A stretch of 64,000 nt of DNA from positions 3,278,880-3,342,879 of the forward strand of contig NW_003314261.1 in assembly GCF_000143415.4 (NCBI RefSeq). The letters run 5' to 3'. Below are positions 11,835-23,906 of this stretch, piece by piece. This DNA comes from Selaginella moellendorffii (taxonomy: Eukaryota > Plantae > Lycopodiophyta). Position 1 is the first letter of the stretch. Every line of letters begins with the position of its first letter. Position numbers and translations under genes: made by a program. Below the pieces are notes generated by a model that did no database searches, had not been told where the DNA came from, and saw only the letters and a program-made list of their open reading frames with translations.

Positions 11835-11877
11835 TGTCGGGGCTGTAGCCGACATGTGCTGCCCGCGTCAATGATTG
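11835..11877. promoter_or_regulatory. Composite element: IR8 auxin-response element (TGTCGG-N8-CCGACA) plus HD-Zip II site CAATGATTG
   Basis: TGTCGG at 11835-11840, CCGACA at 11849-11854, CAATGATTG at 11869-11877; ~2.6 kb upstream of the HD-Zip II ATG. Confidence 0.55.
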
Positions 11878-12386
11878 CGCTGCCCCCCTGCTACCTGCTG
11901 CCCGCCGTGGGATACGCCACGCTACGCTGTACGCCGCGGCGCCAAAATACTTTCCTTTGAGTTTAGAGAATGTGGCAATGGGAATGGAACTCGAGATTGT
12001 CTCCTCTTTTGTTTTTTTTTTTCTTGCTTTCATCACTGTTGGTCGTGTGAGCATTTTGAAAAGCACTGGACAGTCGCTATAGATTTTTTCTCGTTCACAC
12101 AGAGCACGATGCTTTTCCTCGATGACTTTGCCATCCCGCAAAACACTTTGATCTGACAGTAAGCAAAGACAAAGTGGTAGTGAGCACCACAAACACTTTC
12201 CCAAGCATCCCGGAAAGCCCCTCCCAGAGTCAATCAATCAATTGAGTTCTTATTAAACACCTTATACTTTCGTGTCACTCGATTCGAGTCAAAGAGCAGT
12301 GCCGAGCACCAAGCGCTTCCTCGCTGATTGATTGACAAATCTCTCGATCGATCACTTGGTGTTTATAAAACAAGCTTAGTTTGCTA

Positions 12387-12648
12387 CACGTGGGACGCGG
12401 ATCGACCCCAATTTGCTATCATGGATCGCCGGATTCCACCGCGCAATAACAAGATTCCTTTTTTTCGCGCAAACAAAATGCAAAACAAGGTTGACCGCAA
12501 CGTCAACCTCATGCACGTGTGCGATAGCAGCGGATATTCCCGCCACCATGTTTTTAAACGCAAAATTCTCACGGGATATCCGCTCCTAGACGGGGGAGAA
12601 TGATTGGCGATGGCCCCATTCTTGACCCGGCCATAGCTAAAACACGTG
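12387..12648. promoter_or_regulatory. Cluster of three G-boxes (CACGTG)
   Basis: CACGTG at 12387, 12514 and 12643 in the HD-Zip II upstream region. Confidence 0.4.
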
Positions 12649-14305
12649 GAATCGTTAAGTTTAGCAATGTGTTTGACTTTATCGGGAGGGTCCGCCGCCA
12701 GTTGGCCACCACCGCCACCTTTTCCCATCAATCAATTATAATGGAACAGTGGCTCAAGGGCGGTGGTGGTGGCGCTGTGGTGGTGATCTGGTGGTGGCGC
12801 TCTTGAAAGGACAAACGTATTCCTATTGTTATCGCTACTATTACCATGCCTTTTACGGTGTGGATAATTGTGGACAACGACAATGTAGAAATTATTGGAC
12901 GTCCCAACAAACCTCAATCAAGTCCGCCACGTCAGCAAGGATGGATGGACTTGATGATGCCTAAGGTAGTGGTGGTGATGGATCCATGCAGGGAAGGTAT
13001 TGTCCCTATCTTTTTTATCACTGCTTTTGCCTCACTCCCTTTGGCTCCAAGCAGCAAAAGATTTAGATAGAGGGCTTTGTAATTCCTTGATTTTCTCCTT
13101 CTTACTCGGCCAAGCATTGTCCAAGGTCCCCTATCATCATGAGTGAGATGCTGCAACAATCATTAAACTCATAGGTCAACTTCACTCCATGATATGTTTC
13201 TCTATTCCCTTCTATTCGCAAACACTTCAGATTTTCACACTTGTATATATATAGGTGAAGCCCAGAGAAGTTTCCAAGTTTGTTTTTTATTTTGCCCTGA
13301 CTCCAGGATCAAAAGGAGAGGGGGGAGATGTGAGACTAGTTTGCCCCACACACCAAAACTGTGGCTTGAAATGTGGAGAAGGTTAGGTGCTGGCAAGTGT
13401 GGCATCATATTTGTCACCTCACATAAAAGGTGACAAGGGGACCCTTCATAGTTCCTTTAGTGCACCAATCATCCTTACTTGAGAGAGGCCAAATGCATTG
13501 CAACTTGCCTGGTGGAAAATCCAGGAAATGTTTCATTTTTCTAATTTACAGAAGCATTATTTATTATAAACCCACCAACGAGCGAGAGCCATGGTTTTCT
13601 ACCAATCACGACTTTTGTGGAGTCCCTTGGACGTCATACTGGGTTCATGCTCATGCAAGCAAGGGGCAGTGCTTTTACTGGTAAGATTATCCTGTCCTAT
13701 GATAGATTATAAGCATGGAGTCTCTTTCCTAGGTTGGTTAGATTGATGAGAATTTCGCCAATTAATAGTGTGCCTAATTATCAATCTCCAGGGGATCTAA
13801 TCAACCAACCGACACTCAGGACTTTGATATATGAATTGAAAGATTAATACGAAGTTAACTCCTCACACGTCAAGAAAAAAAAAGAAAAACGTGGGGCCCA
13901 GCAAGAATTTGATCACTGATAAGATTTTAAAGGCTGGATTGGATTGATGCTCTCCGCGTTTAGCGATTGTTGTTGGATGTTGTTGTTGTTGATGGTGGTG
14001 GTGGTGTGATCTCAAAGGAACAATCTGGATGTAAGATAATTATATATCAAAATTCTTAACCAGTTTGGAAATATTCGACTCCACCATCATCACGAATAAT
14101 CACCAACATTTTCCTTCCTTTATTTTCTTTTTCTTTTGGGTCCGCACGTACACCGGACGCGCTCGTATGACGGTCCCCACACGCGCGACAAGACTTTTTA
14201 TGAATCCCGCCCGTCACGGCGACGTCCTGGTGACGGGCTAGCTATGGTGGTGGTGGTCATCACTACTCATCCATGTATGCCTATGTATATTAGCAAAGCC
14301 ACGGG

Positions 14306-14341
14306 GGAGAGAGAGGGTGAGAGAGAGAGAGAGAGAGAGGA
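14306..14341 (+). repeat. (GA)n microsatellite near the HD-Zip II 5' end (possible BPC/GAGA site)
   Basis: GAGAGAGAGGGTGAGAGAGAGAGAGAGAGAG seen directly. Confidence 0.8.
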
Positions 14342-14503
14342 GGGCTTTCATTCCTTTCTCTTATACGCAGCACGCTCTTCCCGCTCTTGATCAGTCCCTC
14401 TTCTAGACAGATTTTGGTGCTCGAATCTTTCATCTAGATTTGAGCGATCGCGTCGGGCGTGTCTTAGCCCCGATTTGATCCATAGCTTGGAGCGTGTGGA
14501 GCA

Positions 14504-15771
14504 ATGAAGCCGGATCATCCAAGCTTGGGATTGAGCATAGATCTGAGCATAAGCGTCCAATCACAGCAGCAGCAAAATGGCTACTTCCCCATGAGGTCAG
14601 CGCCCGATGTGGAGGACGCGGAGGGGGAGCGGCGAGGATCCACCATGGATCTCCTCCCCCGCCCCGTGGCCAACAAGCAAAACGCCGGCCTCTTGTGGCA
14701 ATCCCTCTTCACCAAGTCGAGAAGCGACTCCATCGATTCAAATGGTATACTCATCTTGGGTCTCTAGATGGCTCTCTTGCTCTTACAAGTTCTTGACTTT
14801 CCTGGTCTTTGTGATTGATGGCTTTGAACAAACTCTTCGATCATGATACCAAGTTTCTTTGGAACTGTGCTTGCAGGGACAGAGGCTCCTCTTAATTGCA
14901 AAGGCCTGGACATGAACCGGGTGCCTTGCTCGGGCGAGAACGAGGATCAAGGTGGTGGTGGTGGTGGTGTGTCTACGTCGTTTCAACTCATGGCGGCCGC
15001 GGAGCCGGCCTCGTCGTCGGCGGCGGCGAGGGTGGCGAACCATCAGCAAACCAAGCGGGAGAGGGAGGCGGACGAGGCGGAGCAAATGACTTCTTCCCGC
15101 GCCGCCAGCGACGAGGAGGAAGGGGGAACCCGCAAGAAGTTGAGGCTGTCCAAGGAGCAATCAGCGCTGCTCGAGGATAGCTTCCGCGAGCACAGCACTC
15201 TCAATCCGGTAAGAGTCTGCATCTTTTCGATCGGGATCACGAAAACTGATGATATCTCTTGTTTTGCTTCCAGAAACAAAAGAACGCACTGGCGAAGCAG
15301 CTCAACCTCCGGCCCAGACAAGTGGAAGTTTGGTTCCAAAACCGGAGAGCAAGGTAGGCTTTTGGTTTCTTCTTGATCGCTAGATCTTCGTCTTACATTC
15401 GTTTTCACTCGGACAGGACCAAGCTCAAGCAGACCGAGGTGGATTGCGAGCTTCTCAAGAAGTACTGCGAGGGGCTGAGCGAGGAGAACCGGAGGCTTCA
15501 GAAGGAGCTCCAGGAGCTTCGAGCCCTCAAAATCTCTCCACCTTGTGTCATCACTCACGACTTTTACATGCCTCTCCCCGCCACCACGCTCACCATGTGT
15601 CCCTCCTGCGAGAGACTGGCGTCGTCCATGGACAACGGCAACAACACCGGCAATACCACAACCAAGGTTCCAAGCAAGCCATTGTCAACGAACTTCCAAA
15701 GCACAGCAGCCACCACCATGGCCAGATTTGCACAGTCCAGGCCTACACCTTCTCTCTTGCAACCCGTGTGA
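14504..15771 (+). CDS. Class II HD-Zip transcription factor (HAT/ATHB2-like), 4 exons
   Basis: N-terminal LGLSIDLSI (EAR-like), homeodomain [18 protein letters not shown]...[24 protein letters not shown], leucine zipper and the diagnostic [10 protein letters not shown] motif. Confidence 0.95.
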
Positions 15772-17616
15772 AACTTCTGACACAACTTTTGGTGTTCAAG
15801 AAAAAGGAGAGTCTAGAGCTAGAGTCTACAGCCTCAAGCTTGTGTCTATGTTAGTGTACAGGGATCCAGGAAGAGAGAATTTTTAGAGGAAGAAGGTGCC
15901 AGGGAAGATCATATCAATGGTCATCTTGGCTGGTTGGAGGAGATGAACAGTGAAGAGCAAGCCCTTTGGCTTTTCTGTACATTTTTCTTGGCATGAGTCT
16001 CCACCTGGGATATTGTGTTATAGTTGCAATTTTGACTAGGCATGGCAACTTCTGCAACTGCAAATGCTAATCTGGAGTGGGAGTGTGAATGAGCTAAAAG
16101 GAAAAACAGTTGTGAAGCCCTGCATACACACACACCCCATGCTGGAAGTGTCCTTCGGTTCTTTTTTTTCTGAGTCTTCATTGTATACAGGTGAGATATG
16201 TTGTGTGTGTAGACAAACAAGGCCAGCAACCATAATGGCTCATGTCTTGCAAGCAAGATTAGAGCAAAGCAAAGCAAGCAGACAGCAGGATCTCAATCAA
16301 CCCTTTTCTTTTTTAATTTCTCCAATTTTTTTCTATTCTTGAAAGAATGTATGGGTGCCATTATTGATTGAGTATTTTTGTGTTCAGAGCTACTTGCTGC
16401 TGTTGCTGTTGTTCCTGTTTTGTGCATCCTTTCTTTTTGTGGACATGGTTTTTAAACAAGGAGTGATTGGAATAGAAGTGAGTGAGATGTTGAAAGTGAT
16501 GGCGGCAAGGGGAGCCCTTCCAGCCACACAAGCTGGACTGAGAAAGAGGCAAGAGGCAAGGTCACTGTTCCACCTCTCAAGAGGTGGATCTTCACTGGAG
16601 CATTGCATGATTACATAAAACTATGTATTCTAAAGAACCGTATGTATACTTTTAAAACATCAAAACCAACTAGCCAGCCACCTTCTGAATTCTGAAATCT
16701 GCTTTTTGCATTCTGCACCTGCACCTGCTGTCTGAAGCAATCTCTCCTCCCCCTGACACATGCACTAGATTGCCCTCATAATTGGCAAAGCATGCATCAT
16801 GGAGGTGTGGCTACTAGTGTCCTTGCCTGGCCACAGTGCTCACTGGTCACCAGCACCAACAGCAAACATGCATTATTGCACTGCTGCTACCCTTGCTACA
16901 GTAGTGATGGGCTCCTCTGGGCGAGTGAGCAGCGTCCGCATCAAAACAGTGCTGCTCGCTTGCTTTTTGCCTGTGGGATTGGCTGCTGGAATTCCTGGGG
17001 GAATCTCCCTCACCTTTTTTCCTCTTTCAGCTTGGCTTGACTGGTTGGCTGCTCTTAAATCACTCCAGCACAGCCAGTAGTAGCAGCCCCAGCCTTTGAT
17101 TGCAATCTGGACTGAATTGGCAAGTGTGCAGGGCGGTGCCAATGTAACCACCGGGATGAGATGTTCTTCTTCTTTCCCCTTGGGCCTGAAAGAGATGTGA
17201 TGAGATGAAAGGCCTACCAAAATGACAAAAGGATCACTTACTTGGACCCGACGCTCCATCAGCCGGGCCTTGTACCGCAGGGAGTTAAGTGTGAGCATCG
17301 TACTGCTCCCCTCCAGCCGCCCCCCTCAGTTACACACGGTGCCTCGTGCAGATTGGATATGATTTCTCGTGGGGCCTCAGCTTTTGGACGGCTCCTCCCT
17401 GCACAGATACGACGTGCATGCACCTCCGCTCGCTCGTTAGCAACACCCAGGGCCCAGTGTGTTCCCGCTTCGCGTTCGTCAACTGGCTCGAAAAAAGATC
17501 TCTCACAAATCATGGCTGCTATTGCGGGACAATGTACGACTGCCAATGGGTAAGCTCGAACCACTGCACTGAGTGCTCGCTTTGAAAGAACTAGATGCGA
17601 AGTGTTACCTCGTGTT

Positions 17617-20602
17617 TTACTTTTTAGCTGCGTCCGCCGAGGTTGCTTTAGCCTTCCGGCCCTCCAGTACTCCACTATCGACGAGCGAGTTAATTTCGGA
17701 TTTTGCAACTCGCCGCACGGCTGGATCTTCGCTGTCTCTAAAGGCCGCTACCACTTTTGCACTGCCAGAGAGAATCAAACAGCGTCGATCAGGTCAAACT
17801 CAAAATTCAAAATCGATTCCAACCAAAAGGTCCAATCCAAATACCTGTGACCTCGCGCCCATGTTGTGCACCTCCCTTGCAGTGCGAGGCTCCACAGCAT
17901 TTGCGCAAAAGACTCCGAGCTCCCATCCAACTTATGACAGCTGCTATCCAGAACCAGCCTCCGGATCGTGCGGCTAGCATGGTAGTGCTCCAGCACGTGT
18001 TCCTCTTCTGTTTTCTTGTCTTTTGGTAATGCAGCTAGGTCCGCTATTGCTTTATGCACTGATGATATTCCTTCCGGCGTAGCTTTCAACATTATTCCGT
18101 CAACGCCACCGCGTGCTACCTGCACCAAGCGCATATACTCAAAAGAAATCGATGACTTCAAAAGCTTACCTCGTAGATGACGTCCTTCCCGAGAGGCGAT
18201 CGTAACAGCTCCCCTGCGTTGGTCGCACATGCTTCCACTAGCTTCTACACAAGCCGAAAGCCAAGAGCAAACTGAGATACAGTGCATGCCCTCAGCTCTA
18301 AAAGAGAAAGTACCTGCGCAAATCCACTTTTCGAAAGCAGCTCGGTTCTTCGTAAGAATGGATCCTTTTTGCTAATGCGCGCACTCTCCGTATTGTCGTC
18401 ACCATCGTTTACGTCCCCGCATTCATCATCTCCTTTTTCGCTAGTATCGACTGTCGTTTTCGAACTTGAAACTGCACATGCAACCACCTCATCATACAAC
18501 GCCATCAAAATGAGTTAAGTGGACTTACTAAACTCGACTGGAGACTTGAGTGTCTTCAGCAGCTCCGCAGGAAAATATCTCGGTATATTTGGTGCGAGAA
18601 GATGTAGAATTAATCGCTGGCCATACTTTTGCGAACGACAAATATCCCACAAGAAATTTTAAGATGAAGCCTACCTTGTTCACACTTAACTCCCTGATTT
18701 CTGTTGCCAATTCTGACATGATAACCTGCACCCACAGAAATTCAAGGTGTGAAAAAACTTCACAACTTGCATACTTGCCTTGGTCACAAGTTCAGTATCG
18801 TCAACAACGTCAATTACACTCAGAAGGACCTGCCGATGGAGCCTGTCAAGGACGTACGGCGGATAATAACGAGAAAAACTTACAGCATAACCATGATCGT
18901 CGCGAGCAACCTTTAAGACTTGACCCTTCAACGCTTTAATAATCTTCTTCCTTTGCTGTGCACGTGATTTACCAGTCAACAGATTATACAAAGAAAAAGG
19001 AACCAAGCTACACGTACTTTTGCAGATCCATGGCGCACACACAGAACACCAAGTTTCGCACCATCTGCTGTGTGGAGCATACGCACGAGAAGAGGTCCCG
19101 AAAGTTGGTCAACAATATTACTAACCATACTCTGAACAAAATCGTCATAAGCATGAACAAAAAAGAAGAAAGTTGTTACCATTGGAGCTATACTCAAATA
19201 TTCGACAAGTACTCGGTGAATAATTGAGTGGTCGACTATTCCTTTCTCTAGTATCGGTTGAATACTTAGTGTCATGTGTTCCAGAACTGTTTTACGTTTG
19301 GCAGCCGGTTCATCGGAAAGCATCTCCTTGATCCTGCATATTGAAAGTTTATAGTTCCACACTATGAAAATAGTTCTCTTACCTTCCTTTTGTAATGTTT
19401 CTAAACAAGCGGAACTCGGGAGAAAAAAATTCCGATACAAGCTCTTGTTTTTGAGAACCACTGGCAGCGTGATAGGCATGCTCGACAACTACAAAGTCCC
19501 ACTCTATTATTTCATAGAGTATGTTCCTGAAGCACGTACCAGCTGAGCCAGTCGGATGCCTAAGAAGACGCACAACATTCCCATGCAGAATTGAAAGAAG
19601 TTGTTGAAGCTGATCCTTTTTAGCTGCAAATCGACATAGTTGGAAGAAAACACCGTTGATGAAAGTACTCACCATTGTCAATCATCCTCAGTGCAAGGTG
19701 ACAAGCGTAAGTGTTCAAACACAAATCTAGGAAGCTGGGCCTGAGCTCTTGGAAAACCTCGTTTTTTTCTGCCTCTTGAGAATGTTTGACACAAGACTGC
19801 AAAACGCAATCACACAATCACCAGGTACAGAAAATTTTCAAACAATCTACTCACTTGCAAAACACGTGAGCAACTATGAGACATGGCCATTTGCACCATT
19901 TTCCCTTTCATCTTCGCCAATGTTTCTGAAACAATCCTGACAAAACAGAGATAATTTTTTCAGCACACTCCAAGCTACCTCGAAACTTTATTATACCTTG
20001 ATCGATCTTCGGCCTTTATGTTTCTCTGCCTCATTTTCTCCCATAGAGAGACAACGTCCTGAATGCACGCCCAACATTTAATTCGTTTCGCATTGTTTAC
20101 TACAATGGATCACCTTTTCAATGTCGAAATTTGGTTTTCGCTTCCTTTTCCGGGACTCCAGAAGCTCCTATCAAGATAAGATAAATACATTGAAACATGT
20201 ATAGAAGGAAGAAAACCTTCTTAGCTTTGCGATCCACAGGTTTCTTCTTGTCGAATTTCTTGTGAATGTCCGAAGGCTTTGCAGCGTCTTCGTTTACCCC
20301 CTCGTCTTTCTTAAACGATAGTTTTCGCTTCTTTCTGGAAAAAAGAACTCTTCTAATGAAACAGAACGAAGTTAGCAGCGTACTCACTCTTGCGGTGTTC
20401 GTGATTGATCCCCTCCACCGCTACGCTTCTTCTGAAAATGCCCTGATTTTGCAATCGCGACCTTGCTGCCCTTGTTCTTCTCGCCAAATCCCTTGCTCTT
20501 CCCTGAATCGCCGCGCTTCTTCTTGCCAGCCGCATTTCTCGGCTTCAATGCCGCAGAAGAAGAAGAAGCGCCATCCTTCTTCTTGTGCGCTGGCTTCGCC
20601 AT
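17617..20602 (-). CDS. PUM24: Pumilio homologue PUM24/Puf6 (nucleolar, rRNA processing), many exons
   Basis: Basic N-terminus, VLQSCVKH, NVVRLLRHP, VVEHAY, IQPILEKGIVDHSIIHRVLVEYL, LLVRMLHTADGAKLG, KKIIKALKGQV, VDDTELV, KKDPFLRRTELL; last exon ends ...ADAAKK* at 17619-17617. Confidence 0.9.
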
Positions 20603-20625
20603 GGCGGCAATCTAAACCTCGCTAG

Positions 20626-20639
20626 AACCCTAACCCTAA
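20626..20639. promoter_or_regulatory. Telo-box-like element just upstream of the PUM24 start codon
   Basis: AACCCTAACCCTAA ~25 bp from the ATG; telo-boxes are common at plant ribosome-biogenesis genes. Confidence 0.5.
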
Positions 20640-20662
20640 CTTTCTGTTGGGGGCAGTTTGGA

Positions 20663-21840
20663 TGTATGAAGAAGAATGCTTGGCAGATCGCTCTGTGTGC
20701 TCTGGCGTCGCCTCCAATCCTCCCTCTTTCTTCATGAATCAGGGACGGAATCTCTTCGTTCGGGCCTCCAAAGCCGATCAAGAGAAGGCAGTTCCGTCAG
20801 CCGGGAGGACTGGATCCGGCACAGGAGCAGCCGCCGTGACATCCGCCACATCCTCGCGATCGCCTCGTCGCGAGTAATCCGGTCCCTAGGGCCAGCGATC
20901 CTCGGCAATCTCGGCCTACAACCAGGCGATGATCTCCGAAATATTTTCCTATTCCTCGATCCACATCTCGCCGATTCCATTCCAGCTCACGGCGCCCGCG
21001 CTGGCGCTGCTCCTCGTCTTCCGCACGAATTCTTCGGGCAGGAAAGTGTTTGGATCGAACGTGAACAGGTGTGTGCTTCATCATTGATCGCGGCGATCGG
21101 GCCAGGCGAACAGCGCTGCTATTGTAAGAGGGCTTTGGGGTCAACGTTTGGTCAACGTAATGGTCAATGGTGGTCAATGCCACGTTTCTATTTTGCTTGA
21201 AGGCCCACATCGACACTGACAAGGCTCTCCAGGAGGAGCTCAAGGGCGTGCTCGATCGGGAAGATCCAGCGCTTGTTTTAGCTGCGACGCATCGACCAAT
21301 TCTTGTGCTGCTGAGGATCGCCGAGACGATTGGAGCGTGCCAGGGGATGAGCGCTCACAACAAGGCGATCATGGTAAGCAAGTTCTTTCTTTTTTATGAT
21401 CAATGGCTTCATACTCCCTGGTTGCAGGATCTCAATACCACGCAGCTCCACGACAATCTTGGCGCCTGCGAACGCATTCTACGAACTCCAATTCCGCCAT
21501 CTTACTCGCACCTCACTTCCAGGATGCTCATCATTTGGCACCTCACGCTGGCGCTGGCGCTGTGGGATTTCTGCCACTGGCTCACCATTCCGGCCACGGG
21601 ATTTAGCGCCACTGCACTCTTTTGCATCGACGAGGTATGGATTTCTACGCTCTTAACGGTAGGAGTGATAATCGAAGAGCCTTTCTCAATCCTTCCTCTG
21701 GGAAGCATTTGCGAGCTGGTCCAGAAAAATGTGGCTGAAATGATTGAAGCTCACGAAGGTATACTGTGGTTCTTGATTTATTCTTCGTGATGACCTTTCT
21801 AAGTGCAGAGTGTGATGCCCGGAACGGGCATAGTGCGTAG
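20663..21840 (+). pseudogene. VCCN: Bestrophin-like thylakoid chloride channel (VCCN/UPF0187) pseudogene
   Basis: WIRHRSSRRDIRHILAIASSRVIRSL, FQLTAPALALLLVFRTN, GACERILRTPIPPSYSHLTSR and IIEEPF occur in different frames; residues after FRTN are missing; the intron at 21635 is reduced to 24 nt with no AG acceptor. Confidence 0.75.
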
Positions 21841-22058
21841 TCGAAGTTTTCAGCCTGACATACATAGGTACGCTTTTTTATTTTTCTTCCTTCGCCAAGG
21901 GACGCGTCGTTTCAGCTGGCATGATGTGCCTTTTCAACCTCATCTAGAAGGCTGGCAGACTTGACAGAAGAAGGAAGAACAAGAACTTTCATGGAAGATT
22001 TGTGGAAGCGTTAACACTTTATATTTCCGTCTCCGCACTGCAGAAGCAGTACTTCTCG

Positions 22059-23368
22059 ATGGGGAACGAAAAGAAGCACACGCATTTTGATTGCCTTCTT
22101 TTTGGTATGCTGTTTTACAACTACTACAATCCCTTGGATTCGACTTAACAGGCATGGTTGCTTACAGATCTGGATGATACTTTGTATCCTTTCAGCCTCG
22201 GTATCGCAGAAGCATGCAGGCAAAATATCGAAGGTATGGTGCTTTAGTAGGCTCTGCTACGTCTCATTGAGCGTGCCATGATACCAGATTTCGTGTCGAG
22301 CGTCAAGCCAAGAATGTTTTCTAGTCTGGTAGATTTTTTACCATACGAGTTCAAAATACTTCATTCTCCTTCCTGACGCTATTGCCTTTATTTTTCGTTC
22401 CAGAATACATGGTGGATAAACTTGGCATTGATAAGAGTATTGCAACTGATTTGGGCCAGACTTTGTACAGATGCCATGGAACTACAATGGCTGGACTAAG
22501 GGTACTGTATTGTAAGCTTGAAATTTACCTCATGACAGGACTTTTACCAGGCAACAGGCTATAACTTTGATTACGATGACTTTCACAAGTGAGAATCGTT
22601 TTTGTTTCCGACATAGTTTTACACGGTGTATTTCATATGCAGTTACGTACACGGCAGGCTACCTTATGATCTTTTGAAGCCCAATCCCGAGTTACGAGAG
22701 ATGCTTCTGAGCATGCCGCAACGCAAATATGTGAGCTTTTAAAAATCTGGTTATTCGTTTCATGTCCTTCGTTACAGGTCTTCACTAACGCGGACAAGAA
22801 TCATGCGTCTAAAGCTCTACACCGAATGGGCTTAGAAGACTGTTTTGACACCGTCATATGTTTTGAAACAATCATGGGTCACGAGGGGACGGATATGATA
22901 AAGAAAGCAACAGGCAAAGATAAGCGCGTTGGGAGGCAGAGCTTGAAAATGGTCGAAAGCTCGACCAGCGTGGCTGTGGTCTGTAAACCCGAAGCAAACA
23001 ACACGGTGGCCGCGATTATCTGCAAGCCATCGCCAGAGGCTATGAAACGAGCTGTTGAGATCATCAACGTGGACGCTAAACGAGCTGTAAGTCATTTCAT
23101 AGCTCACTGCGCCTTCTAACGTCTCTGTGAAACCATGCAGCTATTCTTTGATGATTCCCCGCGAAACATTGCAGCAGGAAAAGCTGTGGGTCTTCATACT
23201 GTGCTGGTAAGAAAACTTCTTTCCTTTCATTCTGGCTCGAGATATCTGGCTCTCGACTTATCTCGAGCGTTACCTCAGGTTGGCAATGTCACCAAGTGTG
23301 AAGGAGCAGACTACGCCATTGCGAACATCGTTGAAGCAAGGAAAGAGGTTCCAATCATCTGGGACTGA
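22059..23368 (+). CDS. HAD-superfamily pyrimidine 5'-nucleotidase (SDT1-like), multi-exon
   Basis: FDCLLF/DLDDTLYP, HGTTMAGL, VHGRLPY, FTNAD, ICKPS, LFFDDSPRNIAAGKAVGLHTVLVG. Confidence 0.9.
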
Positions 23369-23477
23369 CTCGCCCTGCTATGAATTCACAGTCTCGAGAC
23401 TCACAGGAAAACTGTTACAAACTGCAACAGCGTCCCTGTCACGGTCTTATTTCGTCCAAGGACAAACCATAGGGGTT

Positions 23478-23906
23478 TTACAGATTTCTGGGATGGCTCA
23501 TCCAGTCTCCACCATGGACAGGCATAGAACGATCCACCTGGGGGCAGTGATAGACAAACGCAGCTACTCGCTTTCCAGCTTCCGTCACGACTTCCACAAC
23601 ATCACGGTCGAATCCTTGGTGCTCCTCGGAGCTGTCACAGTGGTGGAGCAAGCTAGAGAGATCACTGGGGTCGCTAGCAGACACTACGTATCCTTTGACG
23701 GCATTTCCAGGCTCGTCCAGGCTTACCGCAGCTTGCCTGATGGAAGAGGCTCCTCTTCCTCGTGAATTGACACAGAACAATCGACCGCCGAGGAGCCAGG
23801 CCGCCTCGCCGCGGCTGCTGCTTCCTAGTCGGAGGCGTTGCGGGCCTCCAGCATCGGGGCGGAGGTTGCCGTAGACGAAAACGTGCTGGACCTCCTCGTC
23901 CGCCAT
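23478..23906 (-). CDS. AIG2-like / gamma-glutamylcyclotransferase-fold protein
   Basis: Intronless 142 aa; HVFVYGNLRP motif, VKGYV, and C-terminal VHGGDW. Confidence 0.75.
   Translation of the reverse strand: MADEEVQHVFVYGNLRPDAGGPQRLRLGSSSRGEAAWLLGGRLFCVNSRGRGASSIRQAAVSLDEPGNAVKGYVVSASDPSDLSSLLHHCDSSEEHQGFDRDVVEVVTEAGKRVAAFVYHCPQVDRSMPVHGGDWMSHPRNL

Noticed and set aside
16500-16545. miR319/159-like partial match (also miR166/160-like partials near 62.7-62.9 kb)
   Set aside because: Several mismatches and no convincing hairpin.
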